DNA of 64,000 nucleotides from an uncultured Alphaproteobacteria bacterium (GCA_963794315.1 CAWCDF010000002.1:1103285-1167284), one strand, 5' to 3'; positions 19,836-30,319 are shown, numbered from the stretch's first letter. Notes: generated from the sequence alone by a model not told the origin. Numbers and translations: made by a program.

Positions 19836-21947
19836 ATGGATGGCCAGACGGACGCCGTCGGCGCCGCACGCCTGCCGAACCTGTGGGACGACGACCACGC
19901 CGCCGCGCTCTCGCCCCAGGCCCGACTGCTGTACCGCTCGAACCTGCTGGGCGCCGACAAGCGGATCACCAACTTCGGCGGCGGCAACACCTCGTCCAAG
20001 ATCATGATGCCCGACCCGCTCACGGGCCAGCCGACGGCGGTGCTGTGGGTGAAGGGGTCGGGCGGCGACCTCGGCTCCACGGCGCTCGACGGCTTCGCCA
20101 CGCTCGACCTCGAGCGGCTGCGGGCGCTTCAGGGGCGTTACTGCGGACCGGAGCGCGAGGACGACATGGTCGGCCTCTACCCCCATTGCGTGTTCGGCCT
20201 GAACGCCCGTGCGCCCTCCATCGACACGCCGCTGCACGGGCTGGTCGACAGGGCGTGCATCGATCACATGCACCCCGATGCGGTCATCGCCATCGCGGCG
20301 GCGGCCGACGGCGAGGCCATCGCCCGAGAGATCTATGGCGAGACGATCGGCTGGCTACCCTGGATTCGGCCCGGGTTCGAGCTTGGGGTGCGGTTGCAGG
20401 CCTTCGCGCGCGAGCACCCGGGAACGCGGGGGGTCATCCTCGAAGCCCATGGGCTACTTACCTGGGGCGACAGCGACCGCGAGGTCTACGAAACCACGCT
20501 TGAGGTGATCAACCAGGCGATCGAATGGCTCGACGCGCGCAAGACCGGCGCAGCGCCGTTCGGCCGCACGGTCGCCCCGGCGCTGCCCGCTCCGCAGCGG
20601 CGCGCCATCGCCGCGGCGTTGATGCCGCGCTTGCGCGGTCTCGTCTCGGGCGAGATCCGCAAGGTTGGGCACTTTGACGACAGCCCCGCCGTCCTCGCCT
20701 TCGTCGGCGCCGAGACGCTCGAGCCGCTGGCCGCGCTCGGCACATCGTGTCCCGACCACTTCCTGCGCACCAAAATCTGGCCGCTGGTGCTGCCATTCGA
20801 TCCGGGGTGCGAAGAGGTCGAGGCCCTCGCCCAGCGCGCCCCTCCCGCGATCGAGGCCTACCGCGCTCGTTACGCAGCCTACTACGACCGCTGCCGGCGA
20901 CCGGACTCTCCGCCCATGCGCGACCCCAATCCGGTCGTCTATCTGATCCCCGGCGTCGGCATGATCACCTTCGCCGCCGACAAGCCCACGGCCCGGATCG
21001 CCGCCGAGTTCTACCTCAACGCCATCAACGTCATGCGCGAGGCCAGCCGGGTCTCGACCTATCGCGGCCTGCCGGAGCAGGCGGCGTTCGACATCGAGTA
21101 TTGGGCGCTCGAGGAAGCGAAGCTTCGCCGCCTGCCGCCGCCGAAGCCGCTCGCCGGCCGCATCGCCGTCGTCACCGGCGGCGCGGGCGGCATCGGCGCC
21201 GCCACCGCGAGGCGGCTCCTGGCCGACGGCGCTTGCGTCGTGATCTGCGATATCGATCGCGCCGCGCTCGCCAGCGCCGAAGCGGCGCTCATCAACGAGT
21301 TCGGCGGCGACACCTTGCGCACCGTCTGGGTCGACGTGACCCGCGAGGACGCCGTCGCCGAGCTCTACGCCGAGACGGCGCTGGCGTTCGGCGGCCTGGA
21401 CATCTGCGTCTCCAACGCCGGCATCGCCTCGGCGGCGGCGATCGAGGACACCACGCTGGAGATCTGGCGGCGGAACTTCGACATCCTCTCGACCGGCTAC
21501 TTCCTGATCAGCCGCGAGGCCGTGCGCCTGTTCAAGGGTCAGGCGCTCGGCGGCTCGATCGTGTTCGTCGGGTCGAAGAACGCGCTGGCGGCTTCGCCCG
21601 GCGCGTCGGCCTACGGCGCGGCCAAGGCCTCCGAGCTGCATCTCGCACGGCTGCTCGCCGTCGAGTGCGCGCCGCTCGGCGTGCGCGTCAACGTGGTCAA
21701 CCCGGACGCGGTGCTGCAGGGCTCGCGCATCTGGCAGGGGTCATGGCGCGCCGAGCGCGCGCAGCAGCACAAAGCGGCGCCCGACGAGCTCGAGGAGGTC
21801 TACCGCGAGCGGAGCCTCCTCAAGCGCAGCGTCCTGCCGGAAGACGTGGCCGAGGCGGTGGCGTGGTTCGCCTCCGACCGCTCGGCCAAATCGACCGGCA
21901 ACATCATCAACGTCGACGCCGGCAACGCCCAGGCCTTCACCCGTTAG
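19836..21947 (+). CDS. rhaD: Bifunctional rhamnulose-1-phosphate aldolase / short-chain dehydrogenase
   Basis: NFGGGNTSSK, VKGSGGDLG, PSIDTPLH, GTSCPDHFLRTK, FDIEYWALE; SDR TGGAGGIG, NAG, YGAAK. Confidence 0.95.
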   Translation: MDGQTDAVGAARLPNLWDDDHAAALSPQARLLYRSNLLGADKRITNFGGGNTSSKIMMPDPLTGQPTAVLWVKGSGGDLGSTALDGFATLDLERLRALQGRYCGPEREDDMVGLYPHCVFGLNARAPSIDTPLHGLVDRACIDHMHPDAVIAIAAAADGEAIAREIYGETIGWLPWIRPGFELGVRLQAFAREHPGTRGVILEAHGLLTWGDSDREVYETTLEVINQAIEWLDARKTGAAPFGRTVAPALPAPQRRAIAAALMPRLRGLVSGEIRKVGHFDDSPAVLAFVGAETLEPLAALGTSCPDHFLRTKIWPLVLPFDPGCEEVEALAQRAPPAIEAYRARYAAYYDRCRRPDSPPMRDPNPVVYLIPGVGMITFAADKPTARIAAEFYLNAINVMREASRVSTYRGLPEQAAFDIEYWALEEAKLRRLPPPKPLAGRIAVVTGGAGGIGAATARRLLADGACVVICDIDRAALASAEAALINEFGGDTLRTVWVDVTREDAVAELYAETALAFGGLDICVSNAGIASAAAIEDTTLEIWRRNFDILSTGYFLISREAVRLFKGQALGGSIVFVGSKNALAASPGASAYGAAKASELHLARLLAVECAPLGVRVNVVNPDAVLQGSRIWQGSWRAERAQQHKAAPDELEEVYRERSLLKRSVLPEDVAEAVAWFASDRSAKSTGNIINVDAGNAQAFTR

Positions 21948-21993
21948 CCGCGGCGAGCGGCTCCCCGCGATCGCTCGCGAGGAGGCGCCGACG

Positions 21994-22278
21994 CTAGCGG
22001 TGACCGCGGAAACCGCCGCGGAAGCCGCCGTGGAAATCGCGGTCGCCGTGGAATCCACGCCCGCCGTGGAACCCGAGCACGAACGTCGGGCCGCCCCAAT
22101 AGCCGTAGTACGGGCCATAGTTCGGGACGCAACGCCCCCAGCCGTTCGCGTGCCACCCGGGGCCGCACCAATAGTCCGCGTTGATCAGCGGCAATGGCTG
22201 GGCTGCGGCCGGCGATGCGGCGACCGAAGCCGACGCCAATCCGAGAGCCCCCATGGCGGCGAGTACGAGGTTCTTCAT
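21994..22278 (-). CDS. Small secreted GCG_CRPN-type protein with Gly/His-rich tail
   Basis: Signal peptide, CGPGWHANGWGRCVPN, GFHG/GGFR repeats. Confidence 0.75.
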   Translation of the reverse strand: MKNLVLAAMGALGLASASVAASPAAAQPLPLINADYWCGPGWHANGWGRCVPNYGPYYGYWGGPTFVLGFHGGRGFHGDRDFHGGFRGGFRGHR

Positions 22279-22325
22279 CTCTCTTCCTCCTTCACCCAGC
22301 CTTGGGGCCTATTGGATCAGACGCC

Positions 22326-22366
22326 GCTGAACCCGCGCTGAACCCCGGTGTTCAAGCCCCGTTCAG
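22326..22366. promoter_or_regulatory. Paired 11-bp-spaced TGAAC / GTTCA repeats
   Basis: TGAAC at 22328 and 22339; GTTCA at 22350 and 22361; upstream of the GCG_CRPN gene. Confidence 0.5.
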
Positions 22367-22439
22367 GGACCTGAACGAGGGACCAACATCCCTGCGATCC
22401 GGCGGGTTGACGGCCGGCGCGTCTGGGGGACGGCGACGT

Positions 22440-22666
22440 CTCGTCCGCCTCCGCGCGCACCCAGTGCGAGCGCACGGCGTCGGCAGACCAGATGACAACG
22501 ACAGCCTTGGCGCCTTCAGCCGCTCCTCGATCACGTCGGCGTAGGCGCGGTGAGCCGGCAGCTCGTCGTCGCGCCAGATGTTGTAGCCAAGCGAGCGCAG
22601 GGCGTCGCCGACCAGCTGGGCCTGCGTCTCCGTGGACCGCGCGTAGGAGATGAAGATGTCTGACAT
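22440..22666 (-). pseudogene. Truncated, frameshifted TIR-domain gene (stub 1)
   Basis: MSDIFISYARSTETQAQLVGDALRSLGYNIWRDDELPAHRAYADVIEERLKA, then in another frame KAVVVIWSADAVRSHWVRAEADE, then similarity ends. Confidence 0.8.
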
Positions 22667-22774
22667 CGGCGCTGCGACCCCGCCTTGCGGCCCGCGGAAC
22701 CCTAGCGACGGGGCGCGGCCGCGCAAGGCAAAGCTGGCCGCGCGCCTTCGACGGATCAACCGGGGCGTGCCGCG

Positions 22775-23212
22775 TCAGACGATCCCGTCAGCGTCTACCA
22801 GCGTGAACCCTTCCTTGCGCGCCGCCTTCGCAAGCCGGTCATCGAGGGTCAGGACGTGCAGCGAATGTGGTCTCGCCCGAGCGGCGACGAAAGCGGCCGC
22901 CAGCTGCAACGCGTCGGCGGCTCGCAAAGGATGCACCCGCAAACATCGGAGGGCGGTCTCGCGAAGGATCTCGCTCGGCTCCACCTCGTGCCAGGCGTCT
23001 GCCAGCGCTGCAAGCCGCTCCGCCGACAGCCCTAGGCTCGTTGCGTCGAGCGCGCCGGCGCGCTCGAGGCGCGCCAACGCGGAGGCGCATTCGACCTGAG
23101 TCCCCCACCAGACCATCATGTCGGCGTCTCGGCCGGCGATCGCCTGCAGTCTCGCGGTCGACGGTTCGGCCACAAGCAGAGGCACAACCGCGGATGCGTC
23201 CCAGAAAATCAC
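22775..23212 (-). CDS. vapC: VapC-family PIN toxin
   Basis: FWDASAV, VECASAL, LRAADALQLA, LTLDDRL. Confidence 0.9.
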   Translation of the reverse strand: MIFWDASAVVPLLVAEPSTARLQAIAGRDADMMVWWGTQVECASALARLERAGALDATSLGLSAERLAALADAWHEVEPSEILRETALRCLRVHPLRAADALQLAAAFVAARARPHSLHVLTLDDRLAKAARKEGFTLVDADGIV

Positions 23213-23499
23213 CGACCCTCGCGGCGCTCCTCAAGCAGAGCTTCGAGCACCGATGCTCGTCCCTTCGCGGCGGGCGGCGGGGTGGTGAGGAGCATGCGGG
23301 GTAGCGGCCCGCGACGCGGGCGAACCAGACCTTCGCGAACCAGTCCGGCGAGGCGCGCTTCGTATTCGTGCTCGACAGGCTGAAGCCGAGCCACCGGCCG
23401 CCCCCTGTCCATGATGAGCACGGAAGAACCGCCGCCCTTCAGGCCATCGATAAGGGCGCTGAGGTTGTTTTTAGCCTCGGTTATGCTGGCTTTCTTCAT
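23209..23499 (-). CDS. Phd/YefM-family antitoxin
   Basis: SITEAKNNLSALID...IMDRGRPVARL; overlaps vapC start. Confidence 0.9.
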   Translation of the reverse strand: MKKASITEAKNNLSALIDGLKGGGSSVLIMDRGRPVARLQPVEHEYEARLAGLVREGLVRPRRGPLPRMLLTTPPPAAKGRASVLEALLEERREGR

Positions 23500-23569
23500 T
23501 CATCCTTTCTAGCCAGAAGTATCGAGCTATTCAAGCTCTTTCGGCCGCGCATGGGTTCGGGTGGCTGAG

Positions 23570-23664
23570 CGGGCGGGGATAGGTCGTCCCCCAGGCGCCA
23601 TGCCCAAGCACCCTCACGCCGTGGCGACCTGCGTCTGCATCGAGCGGGCGTAGGCGACGTCGGC
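23570..23664 (-). pseudogene. Degenerate TIR 5' remnant (stub 2)
   Basis: ADVAYARSMQTQVATA, then frameshifted RVLGHGAW; aligns with DIFISYARSTETQ...ALRSLGYNIW of stub 1. Confidence 0.5.
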
Positions 23665-23678
23665 GCGTGGCTGGACCG

Positions 23679-24974
23679 CTAGACGATCCCGGCCTGGCCG
23701 ACGGCGACGGGTCTGCGCTCCTGCGCCTTGCGCGCGCGCCACGCGCTGGCTCGGTAGGTGGCGATGGGGTCGATGGCGCCGCCCAGCTCATAGCGCGCCA
23801 TGGCCAGGATCGGCGTCACGTCGGTGTCGTAGGCGCGCCTCAGCGTGTTGAACCCCATGACCACGTCGTTGGCCCGCTGGCGCTCGGCCAGCGCGTCGCG
23901 ATCGACGACCAAGGCCCGGGCATGGGCGGCGGCGACGGCGGCGGCGCTGTTCAACAGGCTCTCGATCGGGTCGGTGACGTTGTGCGACTGGTCGAGCATG
24001 TAGGCGGGCCGAAAACCTTCGGGGTCGCGCCGATCTGCCTCGACCAGCTCGTTGAACACCAGGAACAGCTGGTGCGGGTTGATCGAGCCGGAGTCGAGGT
24101 CGTCGTCGCCGTACTTCGAGTCGTTGAAGTGGAAGCCGCCGAGTTTCTTGGCGCGCGCGAGGCGGGCCACGATCTGCTCGATGTTCACGCTCGGCGCATG
24201 GTGCCCGAGGTCGACCAGGCACTGGGCCTTCTCGCCCAGCTGCTGGGCGCACATCAGGCTCGTGCCCCAGTCCGAGACGACGGTGGAATAGAAGGCTGGC
24301 TCGTAGAGCTTGTGCTCGATGAACAGCCGCCAGTCTTCGGGCAACGCCGCGTAGATGCGGGCCATGGAGTCGAGATAGCGGTCCAGCGCCCCGGTCAGGT
24401 CCGACTGGCCGGGAAAGTTCGACCCGTCCGCGATCCAGACCGTGATCGCCTCCGACCCCAGGCTCTTACCGATCTCGATGCACTCGATGTTGTGCTGGAC
24501 CGCCTGGTCGCGAACGGCGGGATCGGTGTGGGTCAGAGAGCCGTACTTGTAGGACAGCGGCTGCCCCGGCTGATCCTGGAAGGTGTTGGAATTGACCGCA
24601 TCGAAGCCGATTCCCAGGCCTTGCGCCTTCTCCTTCAGCGCGCGGACGTCGTCGACCCTGTCCCATGGAAAGTGGGTCGAGACGGTCGGCGTGTTGCGCC
24701 CCAGGGCTTGCACGACGGCGCAGTCCTCGAGCTTCTCGAAGATGTTGGTCGGCTCGCCGGCAATGGGGAACTTGGCGAACCGCGTGCCGCCGACGCCGAC
24801 ACCCCAACTTGGGATCGCGACGCCGAACCCCTTGAGTGCGTCCTTGATGCGTTCGATCGAGGCGCCGCGGCGGTCGAGCGCACGGCCGAGGCTCTCGTAC
24901 TCGTCTTCGAGCGCATTCAGCCGGATCGCGTTCTCGCGCTCGATCAGGTCGGGCGGCATCACTGCTTCGTCCAT
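23679..24974 (-). CDS. rhaI: L-rhamnose isomerase (RhaI type)
   Basis: PSWGVGVGGTRF, HFPWD, NSNTFQD, WIADGSNFPGQ, EHKLYEP, DLGHH, HFNDSKYGDDDL. Confidence 0.95.
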   Translation of the reverse strand: MDEAVMPPDLIERENAIRLNALEDEYESLGRALDRRGASIERIKDALKGFGVAIPSWGVGVGGTRFAKFPIAGEPTNIFEKLEDCAVVQALGRNTPTVSTHFPWDRVDDVRALKEKAQGLGIGFDAVNSNTFQDQPGQPLSYKYGSLTHTDPAVRDQAVQHNIECIEIGKSLGSEAITVWIADGSNFPGQSDLTGALDRYLDSMARIYAALPEDWRLFIEHKLYEPAFYSTVVSDWGTSLMCAQQLGEKAQCLVDLGHHAPSVNIEQIVARLARAKKLGGFHFNDSKYGDDDLDSGSINPHQLFLVFNELVEADRRDPEGFRPAYMLDQSHNVTDPIESLLNSAAAVAAAHARALVVDRDALAERQRANDVVMGFNTLRRAYDTDVTPILAMARYELGGAIDPIATYRASAWRARKAQERRPVAVGQAGIV

Positions 24975-25037
24975 CGCTGGGCCTCCGCCGCCGGGTTCGA
25001 AGAGGCGAAAACGCTAGCGCCGGGGATGGTCGGAAAC

Positions 25038-25062
25038 AATCAATTTGCATTAAGTTCGATCA
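25038..25062. promoter_or_regulatory. 10-bp-phased repeats in the divergent rhaI/rhaK promoter
   Basis: AATCA at 25038, CATTA at 25048, GATCA at 25058. Confidence 0.55.
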
Positions 25063-25086
25063 CGCCCGTCAGAGGGAGCCAACGAC

Positions 25087-26475
25087 TTGGTCGAGGCCGT
25101 CGCCGTCCTGGATGTGGGCAAGACCCACGCGAAGCTGACCCTGGTCGACCACACCGGCCGCGTGCTGGCGACGCGCACGCGGGCCAACGCCGCGCCGATG
25201 CACGACAACCGCCCAGCGCTTGACGCCGAGCGGATCGAGACCTGGGCGATCGGCGCGCTGAAAGCGGTCGCCGAAGCCGCCGACATCGTCGCCATCGTCC
25301 CCGTCGGACACGGCGCGGCCGCGGCCCTTGTCGCGGGCGATCGTCTCGCCGCCCCGGTGATGGACTACGAGGTGGCGCCGCCGGGCGAGATCGCCCGCGC
25401 CTACGACACCGAACGCGACCCGTTCGCGCTCACCGGCTCGCCGCGGCTGCCGCTGGGGCTGAATCTGGGCCAGCAGCTCTTCTGGCAGGAGCGGCTCTAT
25501 CCCGACGTCTGGCCGGCCAGAGCGCAGGCGCTGCTCTGGCCGCAGTATTGGGCCTGGCGGTTTTCCGGCGAGCGCGCCGCCGAGGTGAGCAGCCTCGGAT
25601 GCCACACCGATCTCTGGCAAGCGCACACGGGCGGGTACGCTCCGCTCGCCGAACGGCGCGGCTGGGCCGTGCGGTTCCCCCCGATCCGGCCAGCCCGCGC
25701 TGTGCTCGGGCTCGTGCGCGCGGACTTCGCCGCCGGGGCCGGCCTGCCGCGCGACTGCGAGGTGCTCTGCGGCGTCCACGACAGCAACGCGTCCCTGCTC
25801 GCGGCGCGCGCCTTCGCCGAGACCGCTGGGCGGCCGTTCACCCTCATCTCCACCGGCACCTGGTTCGTCTTCTTCCAGGCGGGCGGCGGCGCGGTGCGTC
25901 TCGATCCCGCCCGCGATGTCCTGGTCAACGTCGATGTCGAGGGCCATCCCGTGCCGTCGGCCCGCTTCATGGGCGGGCGCGAGTATGCCGAGATCATGGG
26001 CGAAGGGATTGGCGCGCACCCGACGCTCCAGACGGCGGCCAGCGTGATCGACGCTGGCGTTCGAACCCATCCCGCCTTTGCGCCCGGCGGCCCGTTCCCC
26101 GGCGGGCATGGAACCATCGTCGGCGCGCCAGGCACGGTGAGCAAGCGCGCCAGCCTGGCCTCGCTGCACCTGGCGCTGATGTGCGACGTCGAGCTCGATC
26201 TGGTCGGCGCGGTGGGGCCAGTCGTCATCGAGGGCCGCTTTGCGGACGACCCGGTCTTTCCGGCCGCGCTCGCCGCGCTTCGCGCCGATCGTCCGGTCTA
26301 CGCCTGTCCGGGCGGGAGCGACGCGGTCGCGTTCGGCGCCGCGCGCCTGGTCTGGCCGACGCTCCACCCGCCGCAGCCGCTCCGCCACGTCGAGCCTGCC
26401 CCCCTCGACCTCGCACCTTACGCCCGCGCATGGCGCGCCGCCGCGCACGCGGAGACCCTGACCCCTCAAACCTGA
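25087..26475 (+). CDS. rhaK: FGGY-family sugar kinase (RhaK type)
   Basis: LDVGKTHAK, SSLGCHTDLW, GVHDSNASL, STGTW, ARFMGGRE. Confidence 0.88.
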   Translation: MVEAVAVLDVGKTHAKLTLVDHTGRVLATRTRANAAPMHDNRPALDAERIETWAIGALKAVAEAADIVAIVPVGHGAAAALVAGDRLAAPVMDYEVAPPGEIARAYDTERDPFALTGSPRLPLGLNLGQQLFWQERLYPDVWPARAQALLWPQYWAWRFSGERAAEVSSLGCHTDLWQAHTGGYAPLAERRGWAVRFPPIRPARAVLGLVRADFAAGAGLPRDCEVLCGVHDSNASLLAARAFAETAGRPFTLISTGTWFVFFQAGGGAVRLDPARDVLVNVDVEGHPVPSARFMGGREYAEIMGEGIGAHPTLQTAASVIDAGVRTHPAFAPGGPFPGGHGTIVGAPGTVSKRASLASLHLALMCDVELDLVGAVGPVVIEGRFADDPVFPAALAALRADRPVYACPGGSDAVAFGAARLVWPTLHPPQPLRHVEPAPLDLAPYARAWRAAAHAETLTPQT

Positions 26476-26483
26476 AGAGCCTC

Positions 26484-27248
26484 ATGCCCTATCCGACCGC
26501 TTCTCCCGAACAGATCGCCTTCTTCCGCGAGCATGGCTGGATCGTGGTGAAGGACGCGCTGCCGGCGGCCGAGCTCGATCTCTTGGAAAGCTTCTGCGAC
26601 CGGCTGCTCGCCGAGAAGGAGCGGCTGGCCAAGGACTGGGCGTGGGACGCGAGCGAGAGCCTGGACGAGCGGTCATTCCGCATCGTTCAATCCTCGCCCT
26701 CCTTCGTGTGGAAGGACATCCGCGAACAGCCTTACCGCCAGTGGCTGGTGGCGTTCGGCTCGGCGCTCTTGGGCAAGGATCTGGCGTTCTGGTACGACCA
26801 GTTCCTCGGCAAGCCGCCGGGAAAGAGCGTCCCCACGGACTGGCATCAGGACGAGGCCTATTGGGGCCGCAACCTCGACGACAAAGGGATCACCGGGTGG
26901 ATCCCGCTGCAGGACGTCACGTCCGAGAACGGCTGTATGCACTTTATCGACCGCGGCCACGGGCTGGGGGTCCTGCCGCATCATGCGGTGCCGGGCGTGC
27001 AGAGCGACCTGATCACCTGCGATGTCGACGAGGCGGACATGGTCGTCTGCCCGATCGCCCGCGGCGACGTCACCTTCCACCACTCCAAGACGCCGCACAT
27101 GACCACGGCCAATCGCAGCGAAACCTGGCGCAAGGCGGTGACCAACCACATGCAGGCGGTCGGCGCCGGCGGCGAGGGCGACCACTATCCCTGGAAGATC
27201 ACCGAGCATCAGGGTCTTGACCGCCGCCGCCCCGCCAAGGCCGAGTGA
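26484..27248 (+). CDS. PhyH-family Fe(II)/2OG dioxygenase no. 2
   Basis: WHQD, GWIPL, ENGCM, FHHSKTPH...NRSETWR; starts 8 bp after the rhaK stop. Confidence 0.9.
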   Translation: MPYPTASPEQIAFFREHGWIVVKDALPAAELDLLESFCDRLLAEKERLAKDWAWDASESLDERSFRIVQSSPSFVWKDIREQPYRQWLVAFGSALLGKDLAFWYDQFLGKPPGKSVPTDWHQDEAYWGRNLDDKGITGWIPLQDVTSENGCMHFIDRGHGLGVLPHHAVPGVQSDLITCDVDEADMVVCPIARGDVTFHHSKTPHMTTANRSETWRKAVTNHMQAVGAGGEGDHYPWKITEHQGLDRRRPAKAE

Positions 27249-27283
27249 GCTCTTCTGGACCGCCGCGGAGCGGCGGGGTCGAA

Positions 27284-27384
27284 TTCAACCACAAAGGACA
27301 CGAAGAGCACGAAGGTGTCTGAGAGGGCTTCGACGCAGCAATTCGTTCTGCCTCTTCGTGTCCTTTGTGTCCTTCGTGGTGAAA
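27284..27384. repeat. Palindromic element with 9-bp-periodic CACGAAG arms (family B variant)
   Basis: ACCACAAAGGACACGAAGAGCACGAAG ... CTTCGTGTCCTTTGTGTCCTTCGTGGT. Confidence 0.85.
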
Positions 27385-27392
27385 AGCTGAGC

Positions 27393-27416
27393 TCCCGCCA
27401 GCGCGGGAATGAGCGG
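27393..27416. repeat. Half copy of a family A-like REP
   Basis: TCCCGC-CAGC-GCGGGA followed by ATGAGCGG. Confidence 0.5.
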
Positions 27417-27451
27417 TATGAATACGGACGCTAACGGGGGAAAGCACGAGC

Positions 27452-28566
27452 ATGACCGAGTTCAACGGCCTAGGCCTTAACCTGGGCAACCTCTCGCGCC
27501 TGTCGAAGGCGAAGACCCGCTCGATCAGCCCGGAGAACTTCACCGGCGAGAAGGGCAAGGGCGGCATGTCCACCGACGGCCCGGCAGCCAACGCCGCGCG
27601 GGACCTCGGACAAGGCTGGAAGATCTCGCCCTATGTCATCATCCAGCCGGGGGACACCTTCACGCTCGCCGACATCGAGGGCGCGGGCGCGATCCAGCAG
27701 ATCTGGATGACGCTCGCCGCCGGCAAGTGGCGCCACACCATCCTGCGCGTCTACTGGGACGGTCAGGACCAGCCTTCGATCGAGTGCCCGGCCGGCGACT
27801 TCTTCGCCTGCGGCTGGGAGACGTTCGCCCAGGTGACCTCGCTGCCGGTCTGCGTGAACCCCGGCCGCGCCTTCAACTGCTACTGGGAGATGCCGTTCAC
27901 GCAAGGGCGCGCGGTTCACGATGCAGAACCTCTCGGCGGAAGCGATCTACGTCTACTACCAGATCAACTACACGCTGACCGACGTCCCGGCCGACGTCGC
28001 CTACTTCCACGCCCAGTTCCGACGCGTGAACCCGCTGCCTTACGAGCGAGGTCTACACCCTGCTCGATGGCGTGAAGGGCCAGGGGCAGTACGTCGGCAC
28101 CTACATGGCCTGGGGCGTCAACAACGCCGGCTGGTGGGGCGAGGGCGAGATCAAGTTCTACATGGACGGCGACGGCGACTTCCCCACCATCTGCGGCACC
28201 GGCACCGAGGACTACTTCTGCGGCGCCTACAATTTCGACGTCGGGACCATCTCCCGCGACCGGGCGATCCCGCCCGCCTACGTCGAGTTCACCACCCCCT
28301 ACGCCGGCCTGCCGCAGGTGATCCGCCCCGACGGTCTCTACCGGTCGCAGCAGCGCTTCGGCATGTACCGCTGGCACATCACGGATCCGGTGCGGTTCGA
28401 AGACGACCTGCGCGTCACCATCCAGGCGCTCGGCTGGCGCACCGACCGCGACCGGCGCTACCTGCCGCTGCAGGACGACATCGCCTCCGTCGCCTTCTGG
28501 TACCAGACTCTCCCGACGTCGCCGTTTCCCGCGCTCCCTGACCGCGACTATCTCGAGGTGATCTGA
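27452..28566 (+). CDS. DUF2961 / GH172 glycoside hydrolase, two frameshifts (~27902 and ~28045)
   Basis: RSISPENFTGEKGKGG, FNCYWEMPF, AYFHAQFRR, WWGEGEIKF, GTGTEDYF, MYRWHITDP, DIASVAFWYQ. Confidence 0.9.
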
Positions 28567-28567
28567 G

Positions 28568-28994
28568 ATGGCAGACGGCGAGGTCAGGATGCGTCTGATC
28601 CGCGCCGACGACGCGCCGCCCACCAACCCTCTGGACGAGCCATTCGAGTTCGGCCTGCAGGACGTGAAGCAGCAGCTCCTTCCCGGCAAACGCGATTCGG
28701 GCGGTCGGCTCGTATTCGACTTCAGCCTGAAGGTGAAGCCGGGCAAGGACCCCGACCGGCTATCGTTCGGGGGCCTGTTCGCCAGCGGCCCGGCCGACGA
28801 CCGCTTCGTCTACCTCGCCTGGCGCTCGATCCCGCGCGGGGTGTGGATCAACCGCATCAAGGCCAAGACTCGCCTCGATCGACTGGGCGATGGTGCGCGC
28901 CGCGCAAACCTCGGGCCGCCCGATCGTCGCCGACATGACCGGCCGCCGCCCGCACGACTCGCAGCGTCATGTCGATTGGCGGTTGGATGGCTGA
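28568..28994 (+). CDS. DUF5990-like protein, frameshift near 28867
   Basis: FGLQD...FASGPADDRFVYLAW...RIK, continuing as IDWAMV in another frame. Confidence 0.65.
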
Positions 28995-29041
28995 AACGCA
29001 GGCGATCCTGGTCGGCGAGCCTTCGACCGGGTCCGCTTCCG

Positions 29042-30295
29042 CTAGGCCCGGTCGTCGTCGCCGATTGTTCGCACGCGCCACAGCGGCGAGAAGAGACCGA
29101 CGAGGGGCGCCGCGGCGATGCCGGCGGCCGCGAAATAGAGGGTTCCGCGTACGCCTAAGGCCCGCCCCAGGAGGCCGCCGACGATCGCGCCAAGGACGCC
29201 GGCCAGGCCCTGGCTGGCCATGAACGCGCCGGCGGCGCGGCCGAGCACCTCGCCGGGCAGCACCGACTGGCGCAAGCTGGACGCGCTGATTTCCGTCACC
29301 GTCTCGATCCCGTCGCCGAACAGCTGGGACGTCACCAGGAACATCAGCGCCACGATCGGGGCGCCGCTGGCGAGGGGCGTGAGGAAGCTGAGCGCACCGG
29401 CTGCGAGCCCGGTGATGACGATGGTCCGGCCGATCCCCAGACGGCGGGTGACGGCCGGCGCGAGCACCGCGCCCGCCAGTCCGCCGACGCCGCCGCAGCC
29501 GACCGCCAAGCCCAGCATGAGGATGCTGAGGCCCAGAACATGCAGCGCGTAGATGACGTAGAGCGCCGCGTAGAACGCGCCGAAGAAGTTGCGCAGAACC
29601 GCCGCCGCGAAGATCGGGCGCACCAGGGGGTGGCCGAGACACGCCCGCACCCCGGCCACGACGTTGAACAGCTCGGGCGGCTCGGGATCGCCGACTTCCC
29701 GCCGCCTCGGGCGCGTCCGGATCGTCGACAGGCAGAGCGCCGAGACGACGTAGGTCACCGCCGAAGCGCCCACAGCCACCGGGGCAGTCAAGACGCTGAA
29801 CAGAATCCCCCAAAGCGCCGGGCCGCCCGCTTCGGCCGCCGCGTCTGTGGCGCCCAGCTTGGCGTTGCCCTCCATCAGCTCAGACTTGTCGATCAGGTCC
29901 GGCAGGTAGGCGTGGTCGGCCATGTCGAACACGACGTTCAGCCCGCCCATCAGGACCGCGGCCACATAGACCTGCCCGAGGGTGAGCCGGTGAAGCAGTG
30001 CGGCGAGCGGGAACGTCGCCAACACCAGCGCGCGGGCCAGGTCGGCGCCGATCAGCACCGGCCGGCGGGGCAGTCGGTCGACGATCGGTCCCCCGACGAG
30101 GCCGACCAGGACCTGCGGTCCCAATCTGAGCGCGGCGACCAGTCCGAGCGCCGCCGGGCCGCCGTTCAGGGCGACGACAGCGGCGATCGGCAGCCCTTCG
30201 CGGGCGATGCGAGCGCCGAAGCTGGACACGGTCTGAGCCGTCCACAGCTTCAGGAAGTCGCGGTGACCCCAGAGCCCGGTCGTGTCAGCTGTCAC
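29042..30295 (-). CDS. MFS transporter (DHA3/EntS-like)
   Basis: About 12 hydrophobic segments, DFLKLWTAQTVSSFG, VDRLPRR motif A. Confidence 0.9.
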   Translation of the reverse strand: MTADTTGLWGHRDFLKLWTAQTVSSFGARIAREGLPIAAVVALNGGPAALGLVAALRLGPQVLVGLVGGPIVDRLPRRPVLIGADLARALVLATFPLAALLHRLTLGQVYVAAVLMGGLNVVFDMADHAYLPDLIDKSELMEGNAKLGATDAAAEAGGPALWGILFSVLTAPVAVGASAVTYVVSALCLSTIRTRPRRREVGDPEPPELFNVVAGVRACLGHPLVRPIFAAAVLRNFFGAFYAALYVIYALHVLGLSILMLGLAVGCGGVGGLAGAVLAPAVTRRLGIGRTIVITGLAAGALSFLTPLASGAPIVALMFLVTSQLFGDGIETVTEISASSLRQSVLPGEVLGRAAGAFMASQGLAGVLGAIVGGLLGRALGVRGTLYFAAAGIAAAPLVGLFSPLWRVRTIGDDDRA

Positions 30296-30319
30296 GAGGT
30301 CCCCCCAAAGGCGCGGGGC

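Noticed and set aside
21994-22278. RiPP precursor
   Set aside because: Has a Sec-type signal peptide and a known small-protein pattern; no modifying enzymes adjacent
22440-22666. Functional Thoeris-like TIR defence system
   Set aside because: The TIR domain is truncated just after the WVRAE motif and no effector gene is nearby
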